From positions 21,551-85,550 of the forward strand of contig CALCZP010000008.1 of assembly GCA_937903035.1 (NCBI GenBank): a stretch of 64,000 nucleotides of DNA, read 5' to 3'. Below are positions 46,271 through 56,706 of the stretch, piece by piece. The first letter of the stretch is position 1. Every line of letters begins with the position of its first letter. The notes under the pieces were generated by a model. That model was not told where the DNA came from. It saw only the letters and a program-made list of their open reading frames with translations, and did not search any database. Both the position numbers and the translations under genes were made by a program. The DNA comes from an uncultured bacterium (GTDB lineage Bacteria > Patescibacteriota > Minisyncoccia > Phycocordibacterales > UBA9973).

Positions 46271-46546
46271 TTATGAATCAGTTGTAGTACCTTTATATTG
46301 GTTGATCAAGTCTCTAAAGGTGTTTGCATCAGCACTCCCACCAAAATCGTAAACTCCTTTGAACTGGTCAAGCAATGGCTGTACAAAATAGAACGCTCCG
46401 ACTGACAGAAGGATAATAAACACCCAGTATACCGTACGAAAGATCATTGCATTACGCTGTACACGATAGAGCTTGTGCAAAATGACATTATTGTCTTCGA
46501 TTTTCGCCTCAAGCTGTACAAGTCGCTCTTCAACCTTTGGATCCAT
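46271..46546 (-). CDS. small coiled-coil plus single-TM protein
   Basis: EDNN.IL.K..R.Q...YW...GAFYFVQP pattern. Confidence 0.75.
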   Translation of the reverse strand: MDPKVEERLVQLEAKIEDNNVILHKLYRVQRNAMIFRTVYWVFIILLSVGAFYFVQPLLDQFKGVYDFGGSADANTFRDLINQYKGTTTDS

Positions 46547-46626
46547 ATAAACAAAAGTATAGCATGAGGAATAGTTCTTAATTAAAAAACACCGAATAAT
46601 CGGTGTTTTGATTTACTAATTAGAAT

Positions 46627-47031
46627 TTATTCAGATGCAAGATTTAACCCATACATAAGCAAAGTTTCTACAACTTCGTTTATACTTTTTTCTCCAAAAG
46701 TACGGAATTTAAGAAGATCTTCCTTTGTATATTTAAGGAGTTCTTTAACAGTAACAATGCCTGCTTTTTTAAGACAGTTCATTGCTCTATTAGTTAAGTG
46801 CAATTCAGTTACGTCTGAATTAAGAATTTGTTCCTTATCTTCAATGTTTATTTTTTTCTTTGAATGTAAGAGATTATTCGGTAAAGCATAGGTAATTTCA
46901 AGCTCTTTATTAGAAGGAGTAACTACCAAACTTGTCATTATTGAACCTTTTACTATATAACCTTCTTTTTTTAGAAATTTCTCCAAATCTTTAAAATTTA
47001 GATTAATTTTTGAGGTCGTACTTATTTTCAT
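46627..47031 (-). CDS. stand-alone RNA polymerase alpha C-terminal-domain protein
   Basis: L.LTNRAMNCLK.AGI.TV.EL......DLLKFRTFGEKS..EV...L...GL. Confidence 0.85.
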   Translation of the reverse strand: MKISTTSKINLNFKDLEKFLKKEGYIVKGSIMTSLVVTPSNKELEITYALPNNLLHSKKKINIEDKEQILNSDVTELHLTNRAMNCLKKAGIVTVKELLKYTKEDLLKFRTFGEKSINEVVETLLMYGLNLASE

Positions 47032-47113
47032 ATATGTAGTTTTAATTGTTACCAGAAACTCTTTCTTTTAGAATCTTTGGTAACAATTAAAACTTTTAAA
47101 GAACTTATGTGAA

Positions 47114-47163
47114 TTATAATAGCATAGTATGCTTGACTTGTCAATCATACTATGCTATTATAA
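47114..47163. promoter_or_regulatory. 50-bp palindrome made of two back-to-back sigma70 promoters
   Basis: TTGACT-N17-TATTAT on + and TTGACA-N17-TATTAT on -; 18-bp perfect outer arms. Confidence 0.85.
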
Positions 47164-47266
47164 AAGCAAGATTCGCTCTTTGAAAGATATTGTTGATTCG
47201 TCTGAGCTTCCCTGCCATAAAGAGGAGTTGAGAGGAATCAATACTATCAAATCAAAAATTATAAAG

Positions 47267-47488
47267 ATGTATCACCTAAATTTTATTCAGACAGTTCTAT
47301 CATTTGTACTAACTGTATGGATAGTATTTCTTGGATTCTCTTTCCTTATCGGAAAGAATAAAGAGTACGTAAAATGGACAAAGGACAGTCTCAAAGCGAT
47401 TTGGAAACATTGTTGGCAGCTTATTATAGGAATTATCATAGGATACTTCCTTGCTACAGAACAGGCTTTTGATCTAACAGTCCTCTAA
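47267..47488 (+). CDS. small two-TM membrane protein
   Basis: MYHLNF...; follows a structured 5' UTR. Confidence 0.6.
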   Translation: MYHLNFIQTVLSFVLTVWIVFLGFSFLIGKNKEYVKWTKDSLKAIWKHCWQLIIGIIIGYFLATEQAFDLTVL

Positions 47489-47520
47489 CACTATCCAATA
47501 GAATAGTGTTTTTTATTTTG

Positions 47521-47592
47521 TGCCCCCAGCACGAATCGAACGCACATCAATCCCTTAGGACGGGATTGTTCTATCCATTAAACTATGGGAGC
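47521..47592 (-). tRNA. tRNA-Arg(CCT)
   Basis: GCTCCCA/TGGGGGC acceptor; ATCCC-GTCCTAA-GGGAT; GTTCGATTC. Confidence 0.93.
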
Positions 47593-47600
47593 GAGGCAGC

Positions 47601-47834
47601 TTATGCTGCGAGCATCTGGGCGATGGCGGATTCTTGGAAGCCAACCGTAACATGGTCTCCTATCCTGATAACCGGCACACCCATTTGACCAGTAAGCTCG
47701 ATCATTTCCTTGCGCTTATCAACATCAGTACCAACATTGTGCTCAGTATACGCAACGCCATGCGCCTTGAAATACTCCTTTGCGAGGTTGCAATAATGAC
47801 AACTAGCAGTGCTGTAAATAATGACGTCTTTCAT
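47601..47834 (-). CDS. glutaredoxin (NrdH/YruB-like)
   Basis: CHYC active site; GQMGVPV. Confidence 0.92.
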   Translation of the reverse strand: MKDVIIYSTASCHYCNLAKEYFKAHGVAYTEHNVGTDVDKRKEMIELTGQMGVPVIRIGDHVTVGFQESAIAQMLAA

Positions 47835-47851
47835 ATGAAATGAGTATAGCA

Positions 47852-48247
47852 CTACTCACTGCGGAAGCCCAAACCTCGTAAGATTGAATCCCAAAAACGT
47901 GCAACGGCAGACTTTGGGGTAGGTGGTGCCGGAAGTTTTGGTGTTGTAGTAATCACTATCATTCCCTCTCCTGGTTTCACGACATTGTATTTGGTACGAA
48001 AGACCTCTTCTTTTCCCTCTGCAGTTTTTAGATATTCGTTGGTTGCGATCAATGACTCATGCTTACTTTTAAGCTCACCCTGCTTGTTCTCCAAATTCTC
48101 AATCTCACGACGAAGTGCAGTATGCTTTTCAGCCAGCCCAATCACTGATGTCAGTAATAAAAAAAAGACTACTAATGCCACAACAAAGCCCAAAATAAGT
48201 TTGGGTGACAGTCGAGCTTTGGATGTTGGATGGAATTGCGTTTTCAT
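47852..48247 (-). CDS. septum formation initiator (FtsB/DivIC-like)
   Basis: TM plus coiled coil plus E...R.KY..VKPGE. Confidence 0.8.
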   Translation of the reverse strand: MKTQFHPTSKARLSPKLILGFVVALVVFFLLLTSVIGLAEKHTALRREIENLENKQGELKSKHESLIATNEYLKTAEGKEEVFRTKYNVVKPGEGMIVITTTPKLPAPPTPKSAVARFWDSILRGLGFRSE

Positions 48248-48270
48248 ATGGTCGTGATAGCATAGTACCT

Positions 48271-48378
48271 ATGTATATAAATCATAACAGAAAACGAGTG
48301 AATGCTGTATGGAAGGTATTCTGCGTACTTGCGATCATCAGTATGTTGATGTTCTCATTTGCATCATTCTTCCAATAG
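48271..48378 (+). CDS. 35-aa single-TM microprotein (below the ORF-track cutoff)
   Basis: MYINHNRKRVNAVWKVFCVLAIISMLMFSFASFFQ; TGaTAGCAT-N7-ATG; fills the intergenic gap. Confidence 0.6.
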   Translation: MYINHNRKRVNAVWKVFCVLAIISMLMFSFASFFQ

Positions 48379-48380
48379 GA

Positions 48381-50171
48381 TTATTGCTTCATTACATTGA
48401 TAAAGACCGTATGCGGGATGTTCACGGAAGCGTGCTCCCGCATTTTCTTTTTCCCCTTCTTTTGCTTATCAAGGAGCTTGTTCTTGCGAGACACATCACC
48501 ACCGTAGAGATGCCCAATCACGTCCTTACGAAATGCCTTGAGTGTGCGTGACGCAATAATACGGCCAAAGGCTTTTGCCTGGATTTTCATTTCTACTTGC
48601 TGACGCGGTAGTAACTTCTCAAGTTTTTCAACAAATTCAATACCATCTTCTTCTGCACGACGACGTGACACGATACGGGTAAATGCTGGCACAAGCTCGT
48701 CTCCAACAACGATATCCATACGTGTGACATCAGCACTACGCATTTCGGTAATTTCATATGAAACTGAACCATAACCTGACGTAATACTTTTAAGCTCATC
48801 AAAAAAGTTGCGCATGAGCTCACGCAGCGGCATCAAACAATGAATCGTAGAACGATCATTAGCGAAATTTGCAACATCCAATACTTCAGCTTCATGCATA
48901 TAGAGAAACGGCATGAGTGTTCCCACCTGCTCAAGTGGACAAATAATATCAGCAGTCACCCATGGCTCCTCAATAGTAATCACTGTACCATCATCAGGGA
49001 ACAGGTGTGGTGAATACACAGTGATTTCTTTGTTGCCACGCACGGTCACCTGATACGTGATCGACGGCATTGTCACAATGAGCTCGAGATTAAACTCTCG
49101 ACGCAAGCGCTCTGAAATAATCTCAAGATGCAGCATGCCGAGAAAGCCACAGCGATAGCCACGCCCCAGTGCACCAGAAACTTCTTCTTCGTATGAAAAC
49201 GATGAGTCAGAGAGACGGAGCTTACCAAGTGCTAGCTTGAGATCATCAAAGTCATCCTGACTCTCCGGATAGATCGATGCCCATACCACCGGACGAGGCT
49301 GCTCATAACCACCAAGTGCAGGGAGTGGATTTTTGAAGCTCGTGATCGTATCACCCACCGCTGCAATACCTGGCTGCTTGATACCGGTGACGATATAGCC
49401 GATCGTACCTGCTACCAACTCATCAGTTGCTGTTTCGTTTGGCATGAATACACCGACTTCAAGGACGGAGAATTTTTGTTTACTTGCAGCAAACATGAGC
49501 TCATCCCCTTTCTTCACTTTACCTTGATAGAGACGTGTAAAAATGATGACCCCCTTATGATTGGAATAACTAAAGTCAAAGATGAGGCCTTGAGGACTAC
49601 TACCCATTGTTTCAATTTTTGGTGGTGGAATCCGAGAAACAATAGTATCAAGGAGCTCCTTTACCCCATCACCGGTCCGACCAGATACTGCAATAATACT
49701 CATGGGATCACAGTCCAGGAGCTCTGCAAGCTCAACCGTGACATCTTCGGCGCGAGAAAGTGGTGAGTCCACTTTAGTGATGACTGGAATAATCACAAGT
49801 CCACTCTCACGCGCAAGTGCAAGCGTGGTGAGTGTTTGTGCCTGTACACCTTGCGTTGAGTCTACGAGCAAGAGCGATCCCTCGACGGCCTTAAGTGCGC
49901 GTGAGACTTCGTATGAAAAGTCGATGTGACCTGGTGTATCAATAAGATTGAGCATATACTCCTCCCCCTCGACCTTGTGCCGCATTCTGACTGGCTGCAT
50001 TTTGATCGTAATACCACGCTCACGCTCAAGCTCCATTGAGTCGAGTACTTGATCACGCATTTTGCGCGCCTCAATGGTACCAGTGACCTCAAGCATGCGA
50101 TCTGCAAGCGTCGATTTGCCGTGGTCGATATGGGCAATAATACTGAAATTGCGGATGTTTTTGGAATCCAT
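48381..50171 (-). CDS. lepA: elongation factor 4
   Basis: IRNFSIIAHIDHGKSTLADR, DTPGH and GFLGMLH.EI..ERL.RE motifs. Confidence 0.97.
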   Translation of the reverse strand: MDSKNIRNFSIIAHIDHGKSTLADRMLEVTGTIEARKMRDQVLDSMELERERGITIKMQPVRMRHKVEGEEYMLNLIDTPGHIDFSYEVSRALKAVEGSLLLVDSTQGVQAQTLTTLALARESGLVIIPVITKVDSPLSRAEDVTVELAELLDCDPMSIIAVSGRTGDGVKELLDTIVSRIPPPKIETMGSSPQGLIFDFSYSNHKGVIIFTRLYQGKVKKGDELMFAASKQKFSVLEVGVFMPNETATDELVAGTIGYIVTGIKQPGIAAVGDTITSFKNPLPALGGYEQPRPVVWASIYPESQDDFDDLKLALGKLRLSDSSFSYEEEVSGALGRGYRCGFLGMLHLEIISERLRREFNLELIVTMPSITYQVTVRGNKEITVYSPHLFPDDGTVITIEEPWVTADIICPLEQVGTLMPFLYMHEAEVLDVANFANDRSTIHCLMPLRELMRNFFDELKSITSGYGSVSYEITEMRSADVTRMDIVVGDELVPAFTRIVSRRRAEEDGIEFVEKLEKLLPRQQVEMKIQAKAFGRIIASRTLKAFRKDVIGHLYGGDVSRKNKLLDKQKKGKKKMREHASVNIPHTVFINVMKQ

Positions 50172-50214
50172 AGGTGGCGAAACTATACCATAGAAGACTA
50201 TATCCGAGAATACC

Positions 50215-51918
50215 CTACAAATCAGGCTGTTCAACAGTCATTGGCTTCTGTTTCCAGAACTTAGAGTGAAGTGTATCAATATAGATCGCTATATCCTCGT
50301 TTTTGAGGGCTACAAGAACGATAGCGTAGAGTACCATGCCAATCACACCTGCTATTACCCCCTGTGCCAAAATACCCCAAAATGACGTCTGATCGACAGT
50401 ACTACCAATCAATGCAAGGGTTCCATATGCCCCAGCTGCAGCGATGATGCCTGCGCTTCCGGTATGGAAGAGAACCTTATTGAGGACTTGATGCATGCTT
50501 CGTTCGCTTGCAACGGTGCGATGAAATGCACGCCAAAGCATAACTGCAGTGACAATCTGACCCATTGAAAATGCGAGTGGGAGCATGACGACACTTCCTC
50601 CGCTCACTCCATCAATACGAAGTAAACTTCTGATAAAGTCTTGGAAGAATGAGGAGAAATGATACCCAGCGAGCAATACAACAGCGGATACAGCTGTTGT
50701 CAGGACACCGTACACATTTATTCGAAGTGGTGTCTTGGTATCACCTTTTGCATAAAATGCTCGCACCATGAGCAATACGAGACATTGTGCGGTGACTGAA
50801 ATACAAAAAAGTGCAAGTGATGCAGCCACAAGTTTTGTGTCATTCCATGAAAAATTTCCTGCCCCCAGTAATACACGCACAATATGTGCACGAAGCACGA
50901 TGATCAAGAGCGCTGCGGGGATCGAAAGGAAAAAGATATTGCGCACAGCGCGATGCACCATGTCGAGAAATCCTTTTGTATCACCTTCGGCATGAAGCCT
51001 CGCAAGAACCGGAAATGCAGCAACTGCATATGAGATACCAATAATCATCAGTGGTGTGGTCTCAATATTGTACGAGAACTGAAAGACAGATATTGAACCC
51101 GCTGCAAGGAGTGATGCGATTGCACTGATGATAATGAACGTAAAGTTAGTGAGCGATGATGCAATCGTACGCGGGATTGAAGTCTTCATGACACGCTTGA
51201 TAATCGACATATCGATACGAAAACTAAACTTCGGAATACGTCCGAGCGCAACTAATGTCGGCACCTGGATCAAAAAGTACAATAGTGCTCCAAGTACCAC
51301 ACCAAGTACCACACCAGTCATGCCAACCATTGGGCGAAGTGTGATGATACCAATGAGTATCCCAAAGTTATAGAACACTGGGGCAATCGCAAATGCAAAG
51401 AATTTCTTTTGCGCCTGCGCAAACGATCCGAGCAAACTTGAGAGTCCCATCACGAATGGCGAGATGAGCATGATACGCGAGAACATGACAAGCTCACTAT
51501 GTGCAGCAGGACCAAATCCTGGTGCAGTAAGGCGTGTGAGATATGGCATCAGCACAAACAGTACGGTACAGACACCAACCATACCCATGATGTAGAAGGA
51601 ATAGATATTGTTGGCAAAATGTGCGAATGCTCCGCGAGATTCCTCATCACCACCTTCCTCCTTGAGGTATTCTGCAATGAACGGGATAAGTACAGTAACT
51701 GAAAATAAAATACCAAATGAGTTATAGATGAAGTCAGGAATACGAAATGCCGCATAGTACACATCTAGATGTACTGATGGTCCGACAATCGACGCAAGTA
51801 AATGATCTCGTACCAAACCAAATAACTGAGAGACGATAGAGAATATACCAAGCATGAGTGCCGCCTGGTTCATTCCCGAGACGTCACGGTTCAGAAGTTT
51901 GATGAGTTTCGAGACCAT
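50215..51918 (-). CDS. murJ: lipid II flippase
   Basis: GLVRD, AAFRIPD and RAFYA.GDTKTP motifs; multi-TM. Confidence 0.92.
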   Translation of the reverse strand: MVSKLIKLLNRDVSGMNQAALMLGIFSIVSQLFGLVRDHLLASIVGPSVHLDVYYAAFRIPDFIYNSFGILFSVTVLIPFIAEYLKEEGGDEESRGAFAHFANNIYSFYIMGMVGVCTVLFVLMPYLTRLTAPGFGPAAHSELVMFSRIMLISPFVMGLSSLLGSFAQAQKKFFAFAIAPVFYNFGILIGIITLRPMVGMTGVVLGVVLGALLYFLIQVPTLVALGRIPKFSFRIDMSIIKRVMKTSIPRTIASSLTNFTFIIISAIASLLAAGSISVFQFSYNIETTPLMIIGISYAVAAFPVLARLHAEGDTKGFLDMVHRAVRNIFFLSIPAALLIIVLRAHIVRVLLGAGNFSWNDTKLVAASLALFCISVTAQCLVLLMVRAFYAKGDTKTPLRINVYGVLTTAVSAVVLLAGYHFSSFFQDFIRSLLRIDGVSGGSVVMLPLAFSMGQIVTAVMLWRAFHRTVASERSMHQVLNKVLFHTGSAGIIAAAGAYGTLALIGSTVDQTSFWGILAQGVIAGVIGMVLYAIVLVALKNEDIAIYIDTLHSKFWKQKPMTVEQPDL

Positions 51919-51927
51919 TGAGAAGTG

Positions 51928-54264
51928 TTAGTTCTTCTTTGCAGCTGTTGTAGGAGTTGTAGTAGTGACTGGAGTAGTGTTTTGCTTCTGGATTCGTTCG
52001 ATCTGCTCGTCAACACCAGCTACTGTTGGGAACATTGTTTTGAATGCCTTGAGTTCAGCTACGGCATCTGACTTGTTGCCAGAAACTTCGAGTGCACTGA
52101 TGTACTGAAGGTAATTAGTTGGATTGTTCGGGGTGAGCTTGCGAGCAGAGTTGAATGCATCGAGTGCAGCCGTGTAATTCTTGAGTTCAAGATGTGCACG
52201 ACCGAGCAGTACGTACCCCTGGTCATCAAATGGTGCAGTCGCAATGTACTTGCCAATCTCATCCACTGCAGCATTAGTCTCACCTGTTGCAATACGAATA
52301 CGCGCACGGAGAATATATGCATCGAGATAGTCAGCTTTGAGTGCAAGTGCTTGTGTTATAGATGCTAATGCTCCTTGAGTATCTTGTTTTGCGAGTGCAA
52401 GCTGTGCTTGGTTCAACAAGAAGATCGGGTTGTTTGGATTGCGAGACTGTGACTCATCAGCAGCTTTTTTACCATTGTCATATGCTTCTGCATTGTTTGC
52501 ACCAGCAACAAGTTGATACACCTGACTGAGTGCGAGCCAGTTGTTTGCACTACCTGGATCCCATGCAACTGCAGCACGAGCGCTCTGTTCAGCTTGTGAG
52601 AAATATCCTTGGAGCTGGGCCTTGTCTGGATTTTCAGTGCCTGCAACCTGACTAAACTGTGACGTATAGAGCGCAGTACGTGTACGCCAGAAGACATCGT
52701 TTTCAGAAAGTGAGAGTGCATTGTCCATACGACGAGCTGCTGTCGTGAAATCAGCCGCAGCAAGTGCACGGTTGTAGATAAGAATACTTGCAAATCTGTT
52801 ACCACTAAAGAATACCGCTGAGAATCCTGCCATCGCCGCAACTACAAGAATAAGAATTGCAAAGAAGCTCGTGCGAGGATCGCGGAGATAATTGAGCGAG
52901 ATCACTTGTGAGTTGCCTACCATATCTGAAAGACCTACAAGAAGACCAACTGCGAGAAAGCCTATAGCAATAAGAACAAGTCCTGGGGACGCAAACATAA
53001 AGAGTGTGACAAATGCAAGGAACATGATCAGTGCAGTGATGGCAATAAAGCGACTTGCAGGACTACGGAAACTACTGTTCAAGAGTCGGAAACCATAGAT
53101 GAATGAGAGTACAAGAATAGCAATGAGTGCGAGTGTCACGAGAATACCATTAGTGGTAAGTACTGAGAGTGCCATATTGAATCCTGACTCAAACGGTGTG
53201 TTCCAGAAAATAGTCTTGTTGATTTCAACCGGATGATACAAGTTCCATACATCAGCATAGCGACCTGCGCCAGCACCAAAGATTGGATCACGAGCAAGTG
53301 CTGAACGAGCAACATGCACGGTTGTACCAACAGAAGGACGAACATCACTAAAGCTAATACCAGCACTCTGTGCAAGTCCTGCACCAATAGAACTTGCTGA
53401 AAGGAAGAAGAAAAATCCAATCAAAAGCGATGCAAATGACATCAAAGGGAAACGCTGACGATCAGGAACTGCATTTGGCACCACATCTGTCTGGTCTTTG
53501 TTTGAGAATTTAAGGATAAGGTTCTCGATTGATGATTTGTACACAAAAATAATCAATGAGGAAACGATTGCGACAATCCATGCAGCCTTGAAGTTCAAGA
53601 AGACCAATGCGATGATCGAAATAATCATGCCTACGAGTGAAGCAATTTTGAAAAATTTCTCTTTTGGCATCAATACTTCATAGACCAAGAGAGAGAGGAA
53701 GAAAACAAAGCTTACAAAATAAGCAAAATCTACCCATGAGCCGACGAGTGTACCTTGGTTTGCAACGCTTGAGAAATATTTTGCTACAAAGCCAACATTC
53801 TGTGAGACATAAAGCACAATCTGGAGAAATACCGTAAAGATCGTACCGATAAACATCACAAAGAAAAGGCGGAAGAGTTTTGCACCTTCGCGAGCAAAGG
53901 TTGCGACGAGGAACGTAAAGAGTGATAGCACAAGAACAGTTGCAAATGAATCCATCGCAAAGCCACGACCCCAAAGTGACACGCTTACATTTGCAGATGT
54001 GAGTGCTGACACCAGCGAAAGCAAGAGCCATGCCCCAAGCGCTATCATGATTGGATTGCGTGAGACACGGAATGTACCTTCAACAAACTGCGCAACGAGC
54101 CACAGTGAGAAAGCAAGGAATACGCCCACATAGAGTAGAACCCCTTTTGCAGCGCCGAGTCCACCAATGGTTGCCGGAAGGAACATAAACGGCAAAAGCC
54201 CTACAAGTACTGCGATAATAGTAAAGGAGATCGTGTTAAATTTCTCAATAATTTTTTGGTGCAT
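51928..54264 (-). CDS. O-antigen-ligase-like polytopic membrane protein with TPR C-terminus
   Basis: About 12 TMs, P.FG.G loop, TPR-like repeats. Confidence 0.75.
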   Translation of the reverse strand: MHQKIIEKFNTISFTIIAVLVGLLPFMFLPATIGGLGAAKGVLLYVGVFLAFSLWLVAQFVEGTFRVSRNPIMIALGAWLLLSLVSALTSANVSVSLWGRGFAMDSFATVLVLSLFTFLVATFAREGAKLFRLFFVMFIGTIFTVFLQIVLYVSQNVGFVAKYFSSVANQGTLVGSWVDFAYFVSFVFFLSLLVYEVLMPKEKFFKIASLVGMIISIIALVFLNFKAAWIVAIVSSLIIFVYKSSIENLILKFSNKDQTDVVPNAVPDRQRFPLMSFASLLIGFFFFLSASSIGAGLAQSAGISFSDVRPSVGTTVHVARSALARDPIFGAGAGRYADVWNLYHPVEINKTIFWNTPFESGFNMALSVLTTNGILVTLALIAILVLSFIYGFRLLNSSFRSPASRFIAITALIMFLAFVTLFMFASPGLVLIAIGFLAVGLLVGLSDMVGNSQVISLNYLRDPRTSFFAILILVVAAMAGFSAVFFSGNRFASILIYNRALAAADFTTAARRMDNALSLSENDVFWRTRTALYTSQFSQVAGTENPDKAQLQGYFSQAEQSARAAVAWDPGSANNWLALSQVYQLVAGANNAEAYDNGKKAADESQSRNPNNPIFLLNQAQLALAKQDTQGALASITQALALKADYLDAYILRARIRIATGETNAAVDEIGKYIATAPFDDQGYVLLGRAHLELKNYTAALDAFNSARKLTPNNPTNYLQYISALEVSGNKSDAVAELKAFKTMFPTVAGVDEQIERIQKQNTTPVTTTTPTTAAKKN

Positions 54265-54312
54265 GAATATCTGAAAAGCTAGTAATGCATTCCTCGTATG
54301 GAAGCTTCGTTA

Positions 54313-56628
54313 TTATACAACAATGCTGACGATCTTGCCCGGTACTACAATGACCTTGGCTGGGGATTTCCCTTCCAAAAGCTCCTGGATACGTGGAAGA
54401 GTAAGTGCAGCCGCCTCAATCTCCTCTTTAGAAGCATCTGGTGCAATGGTTATTTCCCCACGGAGTTTGCCATTGATCTGGACCCCAATGGTCACAGATT
54501 CATCAATTGCGAGGGTTTCATCATATTTTGGCCATGAAGAAAGGTGGATACTTGCTTTTTCGCCAAGCGACATCCAGAGCTCTTCGGCAACGTGCGGTGC
54601 AAATGGAGCCATAATCTGCAAAAGCTTTTTGTAGTCCTCGATATTGATCTGCTTTTCCTTTTCGATCTCATTGACTGCAATCATAAGTGTCGAAACAGCT
54701 GTATTGAATTTGAATGATTCAATATCCTGACTAACCTTCTGTATTGTCTTGTGCACTGTTGCAAGTAATGATGCAGATGTTGTGTCATTGGTCACCAAAG
54801 ACTTTGCTCGCCAGAATTTCTCAACAAAGCGGTAGGTACCCACAAGACCATTCGTACTCCATGGCACGGTGCCTTCAAATGGACCAATAAACATTTCATA
54901 AAGGCGAAATGCATCTGCACCGAATTGCTTGACCACATCGTCAGGATTAACCACGTTTTTCCACCGCTTGGACATCTTACGACCATCTTCGGCGAGGATA
55001 AATCCGAGGAATTCAAGTCGTGGAAACGGCTCTTCCGTCGTAACTACACCAATATCAAAGAGGAATTTGTGCCAAAAGCGCGCATAGATAAGGTGTCGAG
55101 TCGCATGATCTCCACCTACATAGACATCAACCGGCATCCAGTCTTTTTCTTTTGTAGGATCAATCAATGCTTCGGCGTTAGTCGGATCAATGTATCGCAA
55201 ATAGTACCAAGACGATCCAGCCCATTGTGGCATGGTGTTTGTTTCGCGCTTCGCAGGTTTGCCACAGGTTGGACATGGAACATTCACCCATGAAGCTATA
55301 TCAGCGAGAGGGCTTTCCCCTGTACCTGAAGGCTCATAGTGCTCAACTTCTGGAAGTACGACCGGCAGATCCTTTTCGGGTACAGCAACAATGCCACAAT
55401 CTGCACAATGAATGAGCGGAATCGGCTCACCCCAATATCGCTGACGAGAAAACACCCAGTCTTTGATTTTGTAGGTACTTTTTATTTTTCCTCCAACTTT
55501 TGTAGTGACTTCAGCTGCATCAACCAGCTCTTTATCTACAATTGGAAGGTTGTATGTTTCAGCAAACGCACGATCTCGCTCATCATGTTGTGGAACACCC
55601 ATTACAGCTCCCGTGCCGTAATTTGCGAGCACATAGTCAGCAACCCATACTGGAATTTCTTCCCCATTTGCAGGATTGATAGCAGTGATACCTTTGAGTT
55701 CAACACCAGTCTTTTCTTTCTTGGCATTCGTGCGATCAATGTCAGTCTTTTCTTGAACACTTGCAACATACTTTGCAACTTCGTCCTTGTTTTCAAAAGG
55801 AAGGGTTGAAACCAACGGATGTTCCGGAGCAAGGACAACATAGGTCACACCAAATAGTGTATCGGCACGTGTCGTAAATACGGTGATTTTTTCAGCACTG
55901 TCTTTGATGGCAAACTGAAGTTCTGATCCCTCTGACCGTCCGATCCAGTGTCGCTGCGCTTCTTTGACACCATCGGGCCATTTTGGAAGTTTATCCAAGT
56001 CAGCAAGGAGTCGGTCTGCATAGTCGGTGATTTTGAGTACCCACTGACGCATCGGCTTCTTTTCAACCTTAGTACCACAACGCTCACACGTACCATCAGC
56101 TTCTACATCTTCGTTTGCAAGACCTGTCTGACATGATGGACACCAATTGATCGGCTCGAATGACTCAAATGCAAGACCTTTCTTGTACATCTGAAGGAAT
56201 ATCCATTGTGTCCACTTATAAAACGCAGGATCGGTAGTGTTTATCTCACGTGACCAGTCATAGTCGAGCCCAATCAATGAAAGCTGCTGTTTGAAGCGTG
56301 CGACATTTTGATCAACTGCAACACTTGGATGCACTTTGTTTTTGATCGCAAAGTTTTCTGCAGGAAGTCCGAATGCATCCCACCCCATTGGATGAAGCAC
56401 ATTGTATCCTTCCATTCTTTTCTTGCGACTGTAGACATCAGTTGCGATATATCCACGAGGATGCCCTACATGTAGTCCTTCACCTGACGGATATGGAAAC
56501 ATATCAAGGATGTATTGCTTGGGCTTATCAGAAGATTCTGCTGTTTTGTAGATCCCATCCTTATCCCATTTGTCTTGCCATTTCTTCTCAATAGAGGCGT
56601 GATCGTAGGCTCGTGAGTCGTCTGTCAT
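54313..56628 (-). CDS. leuS: leucyl-tRNA synthetase
   Basis: MFPYPSG.GLHVGH, FSRQRYWGEP, ETNTMPQWAGSSWY and KMSK motifs. Confidence 0.97.
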   Translation of the reverse strand: MTDDSRAYDHASIEKKWQDKWDKDGIYKTAESSDKPKQYILDMFPYPSGEGLHVGHPRGYIATDVYSRKKRMEGYNVLHPMGWDAFGLPAENFAIKNKVHPSVAVDQNVARFKQQLSLIGLDYDWSREINTTDPAFYKWTQWIFLQMYKKGLAFESFEPINWCPSCQTGLANEDVEADGTCERCGTKVEKKPMRQWVLKITDYADRLLADLDKLPKWPDGVKEAQRHWIGRSEGSELQFAIKDSAEKITVFTTRADTLFGVTYVVLAPEHPLVSTLPFENKDEVAKYVASVQEKTDIDRTNAKKEKTGVELKGITAINPANGEEIPVWVADYVLANYGTGAVMGVPQHDERDRAFAETYNLPIVDKELVDAAEVTTKVGGKIKSTYKIKDWVFSRQRYWGEPIPLIHCADCGIVAVPEKDLPVVLPEVEHYEPSGTGESPLADIASWVNVPCPTCGKPAKRETNTMPQWAGSSWYYLRYIDPTNAEALIDPTKEKDWMPVDVYVGGDHATRHLIYARFWHKFLFDIGVVTTEEPFPRLEFLGFILAEDGRKMSKRWKNVVNPDDVVKQFGADAFRLYEMFIGPFEGTVPWSTNGLVGTYRFVEKFWRAKSLVTNDTTSASLLATVHKTIQKVSQDIESFKFNTAVSTLMIAVNEIEKEKQINIEDYKKLLQIMAPFAPHVAEELWMSLGEKASIHLSSWPKYDETLAIDESVTIGVQINGKLRGEITIAPDASKEEIEAAALTLPRIQELLEGKSPAKVIVVPGKIVSIVV

Positions 56629-56706
56629 AGAAGTTCATTTTTCCATAGATAGCCTCATATAGCAAATAAGAAAAGCCTTCTCATTGAAGGCTTTTCTAGA
56701 TATTGC

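Noticed and set aside
19966-56700. T-boxes upstream of trpS, cysS, valS and leuS
   Set aside because: No GGTGGnACC motif and no room for a leader; these genes are leaderless, operonic or have short leaders
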